Notes: generated from the sequence alone by a model not told the origin. 64,000 nt of DNA from Gemmatimonadaceae bacterium (GCA_011525845.1 WYBP01000015.1:46723-110722), one strand, 5' to 3'. Shown: positions 49,478 to 59,939, counted from the first letter of the stretch. Made by a program: numbers and translations.

Positions 49478-50413
49478 ATGTCCCCCACCCGTCGTGACTT
49501 CGTCGTCGCCGGCGCCGCCGCAGCCCTCGGCACGGTGGCCCTGCGCAGGCTCGCCATCGCCGGCCCCGTCCCGCAGGGTCAGCCGGCGCAGCCGGTCTTC
49601 ACGCCCATCCGCCGCAACGTCGGCTACTTCACGATGCGCGGCGGCACGATCGGCTACCTGATCAACGCCGGGGGCGTGGCGGTCGTGGACAGCCAGTTCC
49701 CCGCCGAGGCGACCGCCTGCCTCGCGGGGCTCAACGAGCGCTCGGGTGCCCGGGGCGTCGACCTCCTGATCAACACGCATCACCACGGCGACCACTCCGG
49801 GGGCAACATCTCCTTCCGGGGCGTGGCGAAGAAGGTCGTCGCGCACGCGAAGGCCGCGGAGCACATGCGCATGCCGCCGGGTGCGCAGCCGCCCGCCGAC
49901 CAGCTCTTCCCGGACACGACCTTCACCGACACCTGGAGCGCCGATGTCGGGGACGAACGGATCGTCGCCCGGCACCATGGGCGCGCCCACACGAGCGGCG
50001 ACGCGACGATCACCTTCGAGCGCGCGAACGTGGTGCACATGGGCGACCTCATGTTCAACCAGCGCCACCCGGTGGTGGACCGGCCGGCCGGCGCGATCAT
50101 GCGCGGCTGGATGACGGTGCTCGACCGCACCATCGCGGCCCACGCGAACGACACGATCTACATCTTCGGGCACGCGAACACCGGGCTCGCGGTCACCGGC
50201 GACCACACCGACCTCGCGAAGTTCCGCGACTACCTCGGCGCGGTGCTCGCCTTCGCCGACGCGCAGGTCAAGGCCGGGCGCTCGCGCGAGGAAGTGCTCG
50301 CGATGCGCGATCCCCTCAAGGGGTTCGAGAGCTTCGGCCGGTTCGGGCAGCCGGGCGCGCGCGATGCGCTCACGGTGGCGTACGAGGAAGTCACCATGGG
50401 GCCGGGCGCCTAG
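49478..50413 (+). CDS. Tat-exported MBL-fold metallo-hydrolase
   Basis: TRRDF Tat motif; NTHHHGDHSGGN; HTSGD; GDL. Confidence 0.9.
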   Translation: MSPTRRDFVVAGAAAALGTVALRRLAIAGPVPQGQPAQPVFTPIRRNVGYFTMRGGTIGYLINAGGVAVVDSQFPAEATACLAGLNERSGARGVDLLINTHHHGDHSGGNISFRGVAKKVVAHAKAAEHMRMPPGAQPPADQLFPDTTFTDTWSADVGDERIVARHHGRAHTSGDATITFERANVVHMGDLMFNQRHPVVDRPAGAIMRGWMTVLDRTIAAHANDTIYIFGHANTGLAVTGDHTDLAKFRDYLGAVLAFADAQVKAGRSREEVLAMRDPLKGFESFGRFGQPGARDALTVAYEEVTMGPGA

Positions 50414-50422
50414 CGCCGGGAC

Positions 50423-51379
50423 TCAGGGCGTCGCGAGCAGCACCGAGACGCCCGAGAGCCCACCGGTCGGGAGGCGGCCCGGCATGAAGCGCGCATCGCC
50501 GAAGCGCACCCAGGTGCCGGTGGGCGCGCTGTCGAGCACCACGTACGGGAAGCGCGCCCAGATGAGGTAGTCGCGCACGTCCCGCTCGGCGCGCGCCGCC
50601 ACCACCCGCGGGTCGGTCCAGTCCCCGCGCGCGACCACCGGGCCGTCGAAGCGCGCCCGTTCGGCCCGCAGCCACCGCAGCGACCCGAAGTGATAGGCGT
50701 CGCCGGTGACGGCGATCAGCTGCGCCGCCGACGGGTCCACCGGCGCCGGCTGGTAGAGGATCTCGCGCACGCCCTCGATGCCCGCGGCCTCCGCCGCGCG
50801 GTGCGCCACGCGGTCGCCCAGCCCGCTCACCACGATCATCGCCAGCGGATAGGCGAGAGCAGCGGCGGCGAGCGTCCGCACCGTGCGCGTCGTGGCGCGC
50901 AGTCGGGCGGCCACCAACGTGGCCGCGAGCAGCGCCCACCACCACGGGTCGACGATGAACACCGCATCACCGTAGAACCAGCGGTCGGTGAGCGGCATGA
51001 GGAAGCGGATGCCGTACGTGTTGAGCCAGTCGAGCGCGGGATGGCTCAGGCAGCCGATCGCCGCGAGGGCGAGCGTCCACCCCGCGTGCGCGGGCGCGAC
51101 GGCCACCCCCCGCGCCGCGGCGCGCGGCTGCCGCACCCAGCGGTCCCACGCGAGCACGAGCCCCGCCACCGCGAAGGGGAGCAGCGCGAGGGCGAGCGGT
51201 CCGTGGGTCCACCCCCGACGGAACGCCAGGCTCGCGTAGGTGCCCACCCAGACGGAGAAGATGTCGATGTCCGGCGCGTTCGCGGCGAGCATCAGGGTGG
51301 TGGCGGCGAGCGGCGTGCGCCGGTCGGCGCCGGCGCGCGCGATCACGGCGCCGGCCATCGTGTGCGTGATGGGATCCAC
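50423..51379 (-). CDS. YdjM-like membrane metal-dependent hydrolase
   Basis: MDPITH, APDID, RGWTHG, SHPALDWLNTYG. Confidence 0.87.
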   Translation of the reverse strand: MDPITHTMAGAVIARAGADRRTPLAATTLMLAANAPDIDIFSVWVGTYASLAFRRGWTHGPLALALLPFAVAGLVLAWDRWVRQPRAAARGVAVAPAHAGWTLALAAIGCLSHPALDWLNTYGIRFLMPLTDRWFYGDAVFIVDPWWWALLAATLVAARLRATTRTVRTLAAAALAYPLAMIVVSGLGDRVAHRAAEAAGIEGVREILYQPAPVDPSAAQLIAVTGDAYHFGSLRWLRAERARFDGPVVARGDWTDPRVVAARAERDVRDYLIWARFPYVVLDSAPTGTWVRFGDARFMPGRLPTGGLSGVSVLLATP

Positions 51380-52857
51380 TAGCGGACGCGGATGAAGATG
51401 GGATTCGAGTAGAACCAGAGGTCGGCCCAGGGGTCCTCGCCCCGCGGGTCGGGCTCCGGCTCGAGCTCGTGGCCGTTGGTGCCGCGCACGCGGACGTAGG
51501 CGTCCCCGGCCACGCGGTCGATGCGCCAGGTGACGACGCGCCAGTCGCCCTCGCGCCGCGCCTCCGCGGCGCGGAAGCGCGCCACCACGCGCGTGCTCGG
51601 GTTCCGCGCGCTCTCACGGTCCGTCGCTCTTCCCGTCACCTCTCCCGTGATGAGGTCCACGCGCTCGACGGAGGGATCGTCCCCGTGCGCGTTCCGCGCG
51701 GAGGGATCATGCCAGCGGACCTCGACCTCCACGGCGCTGCCGCGCGGCACCTCGAGCGTGCCGCCGATCGAGGCGGTCGCCGTGTCCGCGCCCCCTCCGG
51801 GCGCGACCCGTACGGTCACGTGGAGTCCGGTGATGAGGTCGCCGAGGGTGACGAAGACGCGGCCGTTCCGGATCCCGTCGAGCACCGACTCGTGGTCGGG
51901 ACGCGCCCAGACCCAGGTCTTGGAGTACTCGCCCGGCCAGAAGTCCCCCCCGCCGTCGCGCCAGTTCACGTGCGAGTCGGAGTTCGCGGTGACCCACCAG
52001 CGCCTCCCCTCGCCGAGCATCGAGTCCCAGAACCCGCCGACGATCGCGGTCATCTGGTCGAACCCGCCGAGCGTGGGGGATCGGCTGTACCCGCCCCGCG
52101 CACCGCGTGCGCGGATCGCGCCCGTGCGGTCGAGCGCGAACCCCTGGTGTCCCGGCGAGCCCTCCATGCCGACGGCCACCTCGGGGGCGGCGTCGTTCCA
52201 GTCGCGCAGCTCCGACGGGGTGTCGAGGCCGAACGCGCCCACCGCGGTCGCCGAGCGCGAGGGGTGGTGCGCGATCAGCACCGGACGCCGCGGGAGGTCG
52301 CGGAGGAAGCGGAGCGCGTCGAGCATCCGCGCGGGACGATTGCGCGTCGAGTCCGCGGGCCAGGCATCGAGGGCCGCGAAGCGCGATTCCACCGCGTGGA
52401 GGTGCTCCACCTCGTCGTGCGTGTGCGGCATGATGATGCTCGAGTGGTCCGCGCCGGGAGAGTCGAACTCCATGCCGTAGAACTGGATCACCTCGGGCAC
52501 GGCGCGGCGCGACATCTCGAGCTCCGGCCAGGCGCGCTCCATGTTCACCTTGCTGTGGTTCGGGCCGCCATGGTCGGTCGCCACCATCCACCGCAGGCCG
52601 AAGGTGCGTCCCATGAGCGCATTCATGGGGATCGGGTAGATCCCGTCGCCGCCGATGACCGGAGCCGGCGGGCTCGAATCCCGGTTCCAGCCGACGCTGT
52701 AGCGGCTGTGGATGTGGTGGTCGCCGGCGAGCCAGGCGTATCCGGCCGACTCCGGAGTCGCACCGGGTGTGGTCGCGCGCGCCGAGCTCCCGGACGAGGA
52801 TGTGCACGCGCCGAGCGAGATGCCGAGGATGATGAAGGCCCAGCGACGGATCCGCAT
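51379..52857 (-). CDS. PHP-domain phosphoesterase lipoprotein
   Basis: Lipobox LGAC; WLAGDHHIHS, TDHG, AHHP, NSDSH, YSNPI. Confidence 0.85.
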   Translation of the reverse strand: MRIRRWAFIILGISLGACTSSSGSSARATTPGATPESAGYAWLAGDHHIHSRYSVGWNRDSSPPAPVIGGDGIYPIPMNALMGRTFGLRWMVATDHGGPNHSKVNMERAWPELEMSRRAVPEVIQFYGMEFDSPGADHSSIIMPHTHDEVEHLHAVESRFAALDAWPADSTRNRPARMLDALRFLRDLPRRPVLIAHHPSRSATAVGAFGLDTPSELRDWNDAAPEVAVGMEGSPGHQGFALDRTGAIRARGARGGYSRSPTLGGFDQMTAIVGGFWDSMLGEGRRWWVTANSDSHVNWRDGGGDFWPGEYSKTWVWARPDHESVLDGIRNGRVFVTLGDLITGLHVTVRVAPGGGADTATASIGGTLEVPRGSAVEVEVRWHDPSARNAHGDDPSVERVDLITGEVTGRATDRESARNPSTRVVARFRAAEARREGDWRVVTWRIDRVAGDAYVRVRGTNGHELEPEPDPRGEDPWADLWFYSNPIFIRVR

Positions 52858-52993
52858 CCCGGAAGTTACGGCGGTCGGTACGCGCACGTTCGTAACGTTT
52901 CGTTAGAGGTCTGGACCGTAGCGATACACTGGTTGACTGGTGAAGAAACGCTCAACACATTACAAGGCAATGGCTTAGCTCAAGGCCACCAGC

Positions 52994-53009
52994 GGGCGCC
53001 GGACTTGCA
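52994..53009 (+). promoter_or_regulatory. Candidate sigma54 -24/-12 promoter
   Basis: GGGCGCCGGACTTGCA with GG(52995-52996)-N10-GC(53007-53008), 58 nt before the 53068 ATG; a sigma54 activator gene lies in the downstream cluster. Confidence 0.55.
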
Positions 53010-53067
53010 CGCCTGAGGGGACGCGGTCACTCAGGCCGCACGAACCGACACCCGAACCCCCTCTGCG

Positions 53068-53547
53068 ATGACCTCCCCACGCGCGCTCCCCATCGCCGCA
53101 CTGCTGTTCGCGGCCGCCCTCTCCGCCTGCTCCGATTCCGCGACGGGTCCCCTCGACGGATTCTCGAACGCCGCCGCCCTACGCGGATCCTCCTCGTCGC
53201 CGAACTCTCCCACCACTGACCGCATCCGGCTCATCGCGCGGCTCACGCCTCCGGCGTCCGGCACGTTCCGGAGCGCGAAGGGCAAGGCCAAGTGGGACTC
53301 GCGGGAGGCGAACACGAAGCGAGAGATCGAGTACGACGTCGAACACCTGCAGCCCGGGATGGCCATCGAGTTCTTCCTTGATGGCGTCCGCGTGGGCTCG
53401 GCCACCACGAACATGTACGGCCAGGCGGAGATCGAGTTCGAGACCGAGGATGGGCAGCCGGTCCCGGAGTCAGTGCTCGGCCTTACTGTCGACGTCCGCA
53501 CGACGGACGGCACCGTCATCGTGGCCGGTGCGTTCCCTGCGACCTGA
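53068..53547 (+). CDS. Hypothetical lipoprotein
   Basis: Lipobox LSAC; Ser-rich linker; beta-rich domain. Confidence 0.75.
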   Translation: MTSPRALPIAALLFAAALSACSDSATGPLDGFSNAAALRGSSSSPNSPTTDRIRLIARLTPPASGTFRSAKGKAKWDSREANTKREIEYDVEHLQPGMAIEFFLDGVRVGSATTNMYGQAEIEFETEDGQPVPESVLGLTVDVRTTDGTVIVAGAFPAT

Positions 53548-53678
53548 TCCGCGCTGTCCGGTGTCGCCGGCGTGCCAGCCACAAGGCTGGCGCGCCGGTC
53601 GTGCTCCCACCTTCGTTCTAACAGCTCCGAGCGCTGCCGCGCCCGGGGCCGCCATCCACTCCAGACCCTGAGGTCGAT

Positions 53679-54314
53679 GTGCCCTCGCGACCGCGAATCC
53701 ACGCCGCCGCGTTCCTCCTGACCCTCCTGGCCGCGTGTGCCGACTCCGGCGTCGAGCCGCCGGCCGGGCCCACGCCCACGGTCGGGGACAGCAGCGCCGT
53801 CGTGAACTTCCTGCGCCCGGCCGTCGGTGCGCCGGCCATCGCCAACCCGGTCGTCTCCTTCTACGCCAAGGTGGGCGAGGACCGCGAGGCGTTCATGTAC
53901 TACCAGCGGCGTGCGAGCGGCAGCGACTCCACCGTCTTCGTGCGCTTTCGGGTGCGTCCCAACTCGCTGCTCTCGCGCCCCGGTGGCGCCCCCTTCGTGG
54001 CGGGCGACTCGATCCTGATCACGATCACGCTGGTCGATCCCTCGCGGCTGCAAGTCTCGTTCTCCCCGAGCGGACTCCGCTTCTCCCCGTCCGACCCCGC
54101 CGACCTGAAGTTGAGCTTCCTCGAGGCGGACGAGGACTTGAACGGCGACGGCGTCGTGGACAGCCGGGACACCGCGATCCAGGCGATGCTCGCGGTCTGG
54201 AGACGGGAGCGCGTGGGAGATCCCTGGGTCCGCCAGCCGACCATCCTCGCCCCGGGGACGCACGAGGTCGAGACCGACATCCTCGGGTTCACTGACTACG
54301 TCATCGCGTGGTAG
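53679..54314 (+). CDS. Hypothetical lipoprotein with Ca-binding-like loop
   Basis: Lipobox LAAC; DEDLNGDGVVD (DxDxDG-like loop). Confidence 0.75.
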   Translation: MPSRPRIHAAAFLLTLLAACADSGVEPPAGPTPTVGDSSAVVNFLRPAVGAPAIANPVVSFYAKVGEDREAFMYYQRRASGSDSTVFVRFRVRPNSLLSRPGGAPFVAGDSILITITLVDPSRLQVSFSPSGLRFSPSDPADLKLSFLEADEDLNGDGVVDSRDTAIQAMLAVWRRERVGDPWVRQPTILAPGTHEVETDILGFTDYVIAW

Positions 54315-54327
54315 CGGCGCCTCACCA

Positions 54328-55683
54328 ATGACGCGTCCCGCGCTGGTCGTGCACGTCCTGAGCGACTCGTTCAGCGAGGCGTGGCCAGGCATGGCCGCGG
54401 ACGCCGACCTCGCGCTCCGCACGACGGCGACGCCCCCGGTGGACGTCGACCCGACGCATGGGGTCGTGCTGCTCGCCGCCGGCGGGGCCGAGTCCGAACT
54501 CCTGAAGGCGGCGGAGGCACTGCGCGCGTCGTCCGAGGTGGCGTTCGCCGCGGTCGCGGCGGCTGCGGACCACCGACTTGCCGCCGCGCTCGTTCGCGCC
54601 GGCGCCGAGGAGGTCTTCGTGGTCCCCGCCGACCTGGAGCGCCTGCGGTCCTGGCTCCAGGGTTGCGCCGAGCGGCTCAGGTCCCGCGCGGACCGCACCC
54701 GCTTCGCCACGGGAGAGGCAGGGAAGTACGCCTTCGACGGGATCCTCGGCGCCAGCGGATCGCTCGCCGCGGTGCTCGAGCGCGTGGCGCGCATCATCCC
54801 GCACGGCAACGTGACCGTGCTCATCACCGGCGAGACGGGCACGGGGAAGGAGTTGATCGCACGGGCCATCCACTATCACGGGCCGCGTCGCGAAGGGCCG
54901 TTCGTCGACATCAACTGCGCGGCACTGCCCGAGCACCTGCTTGAGAGCGACCTGTTCGGGCACGAGAAGGGCGCGTTCACGGACGCCTCCGCCACGAAGC
55001 CCGGGCTCTTCGAGATGGCGGAGGGTGGGTCGATCTTCCTCGACGAGATCGGCCACCTGGCACTTCCACTGCAGGGCAAGCTGCTGCGGGCGCTGCAGGA
55101 GCGGCGGATCCGTCGCGTCGGCGGAGTCCGCTCGATCGCGGTCGATGTCCGGGTGATCGCCGCGACGCACGTGAACCTCCTCGAGGCGGTGCGCGCCGGG
55201 CAGTTCCGCGAGGACCTGTTCTACCGTCTCAACGTCGTCCCGATCCAGCTCCCTCCGCTGCGGCAACGGCGTGACGACATCCTGCCGCTCGCGCGGCACT
55301 TCCTGGGTCGCTTCGCCGCGGAATACGGCGTCCCCCTGCCTCGGCTGACGGCCGCAGCCGAGCGCGCGCTTCTGGATCGCGCCTGGCCGGGGAACGTGCG
55401 GGAGCTGCGCAACGTGGTCGAGCGGACCGTCCTGCTCGCGAGTGGCACGGAGATCGAGCCGGTGGACTTCGAGTTCACGACGGCGGCGGACGGGAGCGCA
55501 CCGGATGCGGGAGCCCCACGCCTGCTGTCGGAGATCATCGCGCGCGCGGTCCGCGACGCCCTCGCGGAGGCCGAGGGGAACAAGAGCGAGGCGGCGCGCC
55601 GCCTCGGCATCTCCCGCCCGCGGCTGATGCGACTCCTGGATCCCGAGCCCACGCCCGGCACAGAGGAGGACGGCGATGCGTGA
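54328..55683 (+). CDS. Sigma54-dependent enhancer-binding protein with degenerate receiver domain
   Basis: GETGTGKE, GAFTDA, FLDEIG, FREDLFYRLNV, WPGNVREL, Fis-type HTH GNKSEAARRLGISR. Confidence 0.93.
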   Translation: MTRPALVVHVLSDSFSEAWPGMAADADLALRTTATPPVDVDPTHGVVLLAAGGAESELLKAAEALRASSEVAFAAVAAAADHRLAAALVRAGAEEVFVVPADLERLRSWLQGCAERLRSRADRTRFATGEAGKYAFDGILGASGSLAAVLERVARIIPHGNVTVLITGETGTGKELIARAIHYHGPRREGPFVDINCAALPEHLLESDLFGHEKGAFTDASATKPGLFEMAEGGSIFLDEIGHLALPLQGKLLRALQERRIRRVGGVRSIAVDVRVIAATHVNLLEAVRAGQFREDLFYRLNVVPIQLPPLRQRRDDILPLARHFLGRFAAEYGVPLPRLTAAAERALLDRAWPGNVRELRNVVERTVLLASGTEIEPVDFEFTTAADGSAPDAGAPRLLSEIIARAVRDALAEAEGNKSEAARRLGISRPRLMRLLDPEPTPGTEEDGDA

Positions 55684-56689
55684 CGCGGCGCCCGCACCCG
55701 CGGACGACCTGGGCACGCTCGGGGCCGAGGCGCGCCGGCTCGCGGGCGCGTCCGCGTGGCGCGACGTCGCCGACCTGCTCCTTCCTCACGCGGAGCGACT
55801 GGCCGAGCGTCCCGAGATCGGCGTCGTGCTCGTCGAGGCGCTCGTGCGCACGGGACGCGCCCGCGAGGCTCGCCAGCGCGTCGACGCATTGCTTCCGGTC
55901 CTGCAAGCGCGTCACGACCGCGCCAGCCTGCGTCGAGGCACGGTGCTCCGCGGCGCTGCCGCATTCTCGCTCGGGGATCTCGACGAGGCGCGCGCCGCGT
56001 TCACGCAGGCGCTCGAGATGGCCCGCCGCGATGGCGACGACGCGCTCGTCGCGCGGACGATGAACAACCTCGGGGCGGTGGCGAACATCGAAGGTGACCA
56101 GCGGGGTGCCCTGGCGCTCTACAAGCTCGCCATCTCCGCGCACCAGCGCGTGGGCGATCTCCGCGGGCTCGCCGAGTGCTACCATAACATGGCGATCTCG
56201 GTGCGCGACCTCGGCCAGGTCGAGGACGCGGACGAACTCGAGCGCCGGAGCGCCGAGTTCGCGCGGGACGCCGGTCTCTCCGTCCTCGTCTCCATCGCGC
56301 GGATGGGGCGCGCCGAACTCGCGTTGCGGCGCGGGGACCCCTCGTTCGCCGAAGCGACCGCCCGTCGCGTGGCCGCGGAGTTCGCCGCCGCTGGAGAGCC
56401 GGTGCGCGAGGCCGCGGCGCACCGGCTCACGGGGATCGCCTGCTTCCAGGCCGGCCGGTTCGAGGAGGCACGCCGCTTCCTCGACTCCGCCCTGGCACGT
56501 GCGCGGACCCACGGCGCCGTCCTGCACGAGGCGGAGGCGCTGCGGTCGCGGGCCGAGCTGTTCGCGGGCACCGGTGATCACGCTGCGGCGCTGGCGGACG
56601 CCAGGAGCGCACTCGGACTGTTCGGCCAGTTGCGCGCGAAGGACGACGTCGCCGCGCTCCTGCGCTGGATCGACAGCCTCCCCGGCTGA
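55676..56689 (+). CDS. TPR-repeat protein
   Basis: NNLG.V and YHNMA-type helical repeats; 8-nt overlap with the activator gene. Confidence 0.85.
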   Translation: MRDAAPAPADDLGTLGAEARRLAGASAWRDVADLLLPHAERLAERPEIGVVLVEALVRTGRAREARQRVDALLPVLQARHDRASLRRGTVLRGAAAFSLGDLDEARAAFTQALEMARRDGDDALVARTMNNLGAVANIEGDQRGALALYKLAISAHQRVGDLRGLAECYHNMAISVRDLGQVEDADELERRSAEFARDAGLSVLVSIARMGRAELALRRGDPSFAEATARRVAAEFAAAGEPVREAAAHRLTGIACFQAGRFEEARRFLDSALARARTHGAVLHEAEALRSRAELFAGTGDHAAALADARSALGLFGQLRAKDDVAALLRWIDSLPG

Positions 56690-56728
56690 CGCGCGCCGGG
56701 CTCCGGCGACCGCGCGATCGACCCACCT

Positions 56729-57739
56729 TCACCTCGCGTCGGGATCCCCGCGCTTCAGCGCCGCGATCTGCTCGTCCACGCTCGCCGGGACCAGCAGGTC
56801 GTCGGCGATCTGCGCGATCTCCTCCGCCTCCTGCCATGCGGCCTCGAGGATGCTCAGTTCCCCCTCGATCGCCCGGCGCTCGGCCTCCTCATGGAGTGCC
56901 ATCTCCAGAGCGAGCCGGTCCGCCACTGGGAGGGCCGAGAGGGGCTTGGGCCGCCCCTTCCGGTCCACGGGCCCGCGCACGCGCAGGAAGCGCGCGAGGT
57001 ACGCGTCGGAGCCGCGCTCCTGGTCGAGCGCCCGCACCGCATCCTGCACCGCGCGCTTCCCCCCGCCCGAGACGTTGATCGCGGGGAGCAGGCGCCCGGC
57101 GTGCCGGAACGCCTCCTCGCCGCGGAAGGTGAGGATCTCCTTGCGGCGCATCTTGATCGTGAGCTCGGCCTCGTCGACGGCGGTCGCACCCTGGAAGCGC
57201 GCCTGCATGAACTGCGTCCCGCGCACGGTGATCACCCGCCCGTCCTCGCCGCGCAGCTTCACCTTGCGGGCCGCGTTGATCATGTTCGGGATGTTCCCCC
57301 AGAGGCCGCCGAAGCTGCCGATGCCGATCCCCGCCGCGGCGCCCGCGACCAGCACGGTGCCGATGCCGGCGGCGATCCCGCCCCCGATCAGGATGGCCCG
57401 GCGCCGCCGCCGCCCGAACTGGTCCCCGTAGCGCCACGCCGCGAACTCCGGCCGCTGCGGCGCGCCCACGCGCACGAGCTCGAGTCCCTCGCCGAGGCGC
57501 GCGAGCCCGATGTTGTCGGTCGAGACCCGCATGCGCGTGGCGCTGAACGCGCGCTCGCACGCCTCGATCGCCTCCCAGCGCGTGTCGAGCGGGCTCAGGT
57601 TCCAGCGTTCGCAGCTGCGGCAGACCACCCAGAGCCGGCCCTTGGCGCCGTCGAACGCGAGGCGCCGGCCGACCGGGAACTCCTCGATCGACTCGTTCGC
57701 CCCGAGCGGCTTGTGGCAGTAGATGCAGGTCTGGAACAT
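56729..57739 (-). CDS. Hypothetical Zn-ribbon membrane protein, paralog of 917-1996
   Basis: CIYC..CRSC; Gly-rich hydrophobic hairpin; LALEMALHEE..IADDLLVP. Confidence 0.85.
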   Translation of the reverse strand: MFQTCIYCHKPLGANESIEEFPVGRRLAFDGAKGRLWVVCRSCERWNLSPLDTRWEAIEACERAFSATRMRVSTDNIGLARLGEGLELVRVGAPQRPEFAAWRYGDQFGRRRRRAILIGGGIAAGIGTVLVAGAAAGIGIGSFGGLWGNIPNMINAARKVKLRGEDGRVITVRGTQFMQARFQGATAVDEAELTIKMRRKEILTFRGEEAFRHAGRLLPAINVSGGGKRAVQDAVRALDQERGSDAYLARFLRVRGPVDRKGRPKPLSALPVADRLALEMALHEEAERRAIEGELSILEAAWQEAEEIAQIADDLLVPASVDEQIAALKRGDPDAR

Positions 57740-57752
57740 CGCGCCGTGCGCC

Positions 57753-58526
57753 TCACCCCTCGCGCTTCGCCGTCATCTTCTCCATGAAGGCGGTGAGCAT
57801 GTCGATCGGGATCGGGAACACCGTCACCGAGTTGTTCTCGGTCGCGATCTCCGCCAGTGTCTGCAGGTAGCGCAGCTGGATCGCCGCCGGCTGGCGCTGG
57901 ATGATCTCCGCCGCCTCGGCCAGCCGGGCCGACGCCTGGAACTCGCCCTCGGCGTTGATCACCTTCGCCCGCCGCTCGCGCTCGGCCTCCGCCTGCCGCG
58001 CGATCGCCCGCTGCATCTCCTGCGGCAGGTCCACGTTCTTCACCTCGACCACGCTGACCTTGATGCCCCAGGGCTCCGTCTGCTGGTCGATCACCCGCTG
58101 CAGCTCGCGGTTCATCTCCTCGCGCTCGGCGAGGATCTGGTCGAGCTCCGCCTGCCCAGCGGTCGCGCGCAGCGTGGTCTGCGCGATCTGCGACGTGGCG
58201 TAGAGGAAGTCCTCCACCTCGAGGATCGCCTTCGCCGCGTCGACCACGCGGAAGTAGATCACGGCGTTGATCTTCACCGAGACGTTGTCCCGCGTGATCA
58301 CGTCCTGCGCCGGCACGTCCATGGTGATCGTGCGCAGGCTGACCGTGACCATCCGGTCCACGAACGGGATCAGCAGGATCAGGCCCGGCCCCTTCACGCC
58401 GATGAACCGGCCGAGACGGAAGACCACGCCCCGCTCATACTCCCGAAGGATCCGGATGGCGCTCGCGAGTACCACCCCGAGGACGAGGAGGACCGGGATG
58501 AGGAACTGCAGAGTGGGGTTGATCAT
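57753..58526 (-). CDS. SPFH/stomatin (slipin) protein
   Basis: [49 protein letters not shown]. Confidence 0.93.
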   Translation of the reverse strand: MINPTLQFLIPVLLVLGVVLASAIRILREYERGVVFRLGRFIGVKGPGLILLIPFVDRMVTVSLRTITMDVPAQDVITRDNVSVKINAVIYFRVVDAAKAILEVEDFLYATSQIAQTTLRATAGQAELDQILAEREEMNRELQRVIDQQTEPWGIKVSVVEVKNVDLPQEMQRAIARQAEAERERRAKVINAEGEFQASARLAEAAEIIQRQPAAIQLRYLQTLAEIATENNSVTVFPIPIDMLTAFMEKMTAKREG

Positions 58527-59836
58527 GGGAGGTGTTCCTGGGCTGCGAGGGGGGACGCCGCGCCGGCGACGTCGAGCGTGAGGCCACGCATGCGGAGCAC
58601 GACGATCGGGGATTCCGCGGGGATCGGCACCGGGCTCTCGGCCTGCCAGATCTCACCGTGCACCCGCACCTGCCCGTGCGGCGCGATCGCCGTGAGGGCG
58701 ACACCGGACGCACCGGCGAGTCCCTCGGACCCCGTCACGACCTGGCGCCGCTGCGCGGCCAGCGCCTTCGCGATCACGAAGAAGAAGAAACCTGCGGTGG
58801 CGGCCGTGGTGCCGATGATCACCGGCCACGAGAGCCGGAAGGCGTCGCCGGGCCCCGGGTCGAAGAGGATCAGCGACCCCACGAGGAACGAGAGCACTCC
58901 GCCGACCCCGAGCACACCTCCGGATGGCACGTATACCTCCAGCGCGAAGAACCCGAGCGCGAGGACGATCAGCGCGAGCCCGGCGATGTTGACCGGGAGG
59001 ATCTGCATCGCGACGAAGCCGAGCACGAGGAAGATCACCCCTACCACCCCGGGGAGGATCACCCCGGGACTCTGCAGCTCGAAGAGCAGCCCGTAGAAGC
59101 CAAGCGTGAGCAGGAGGTAGGCGACGCTCGGATGCGAGAGCCAGGAGAGCACCCGGTGCCGGAGCGACGGTGCGATACGGGTCACCGTGGCGCCCTCGAG
59201 CTGCAACGTCACCTCCGCGCCTGCGACCTCCACCGTCCGGCCCGAGGCGAGCCGGAGGACCTCGTCGAGGTCCGCGGCGACGAAGTCCACGACGCGCAGC
59301 TCGACGGCCTCCGATGCGCTCGCCGAGACGGCCTCGCGCACGGCCGCCACGTTCCACTCGACGTTCCGCCCCCGGCGCTCGGCGACGCCCTCGATCAGCG
59401 CGGCGGCGTCCGACGACGCCTTCTTGGCGAGCGTCGTGTCCATCGTCCCGCCGGTCGAGACCGGGGAGGCCGCGCCGAGGTTCGTGCTGGGCGCCATCGC
59501 CGCGACATGGCTGGCGGTGACGATGAAGAGCCCCGCCGAGGCCGCGCGCGCCCCGGCCGGGGAGACATAGGTGATGACGGGCACCGGGCTCGCGAGGATC
59601 GCCTGGACGATCGCCCGCATCGAGGTCTCGAGCCCCCCGGGCGTGTCGATGAGGAGGACGAGCGCCGCCGCGTCTCGCGACCGCTCGATCTGCCCCTCGA
59701 CCTGCTCCACCGTGATGGGGGTGATGGGCCCGCGCACCTCGATCACGTCCACGCGGGTCGCCGCCGGCTGCTGGCTGCCGAGCATCGCGCCAGCGGCCAG
59801 AAGGGCCAGCGCCGGCAACCACCGCCTCGTGCGCAT
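58523..59836 (-). CDS. nfeD: Long-form NfeD membrane-bound ClpP-like serine protease
   Basis: IDTPGG, AASAG, GAASP, TM block and C-terminal OB fold ([12 protein letters not shown]); coupled to the stomatin gene. Confidence 0.92.
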   Translation of the reverse strand: MRTRRWLPALALLAAGAMLGSQQPAATRVDVIEVRGPITPITVEQVEGQIERSRDAAALVLLIDTPGGLETSMRAIVQAILASPVPVITYVSPAGARAASAGLFIVTASHVAAMAPSTNLGAASPVSTGGTMDTTLAKKASSDAAALIEGVAERRGRNVEWNVAAVREAVSASASEAVELRVVDFVAADLDEVLRLASGRTVEVAGAEVTLQLEGATVTRIAPSLRHRVLSWLSHPSVAYLLLTLGFYGLLFELQSPGVILPGVVGVIFLVLGFVAMQILPVNIAGLALIVLALGFFALEVYVPSGGVLGVGGVLSFLVGSLILFDPGPGDAFRLSWPVIIGTTAATAGFFFFVIAKALAAQRRQVVTGSEGLAGASGVALTAIAPHGQVRVHGEIWQAESPVPIPAESPIVVLRMRGLTLDVAGAASPLAAQEHLP

Positions 59837-59939
59837 GCTTCCCTCCGGAGCGAGCAGACTCGTGTCCTACCTTAACCTAGGCGGTTGCACGGGACCGGAC
59901 CAGCGCGCCGGGAAGGTCGGTGCGGGTGGCGGCTGCGGC

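Noticed and set aside
53586-53606. Second sigma54-like site (CTGGCGCG..GTGCT) upstream of 53679
   Set aside because: GG-to-GC spacing is 12 nt rather than the required 10.
54130-54170. Dockerin domain in lipoprotein 53679-54314
   Set aside because: Only one DxNxDG loop; the duplicated dockerin repeat is absent.
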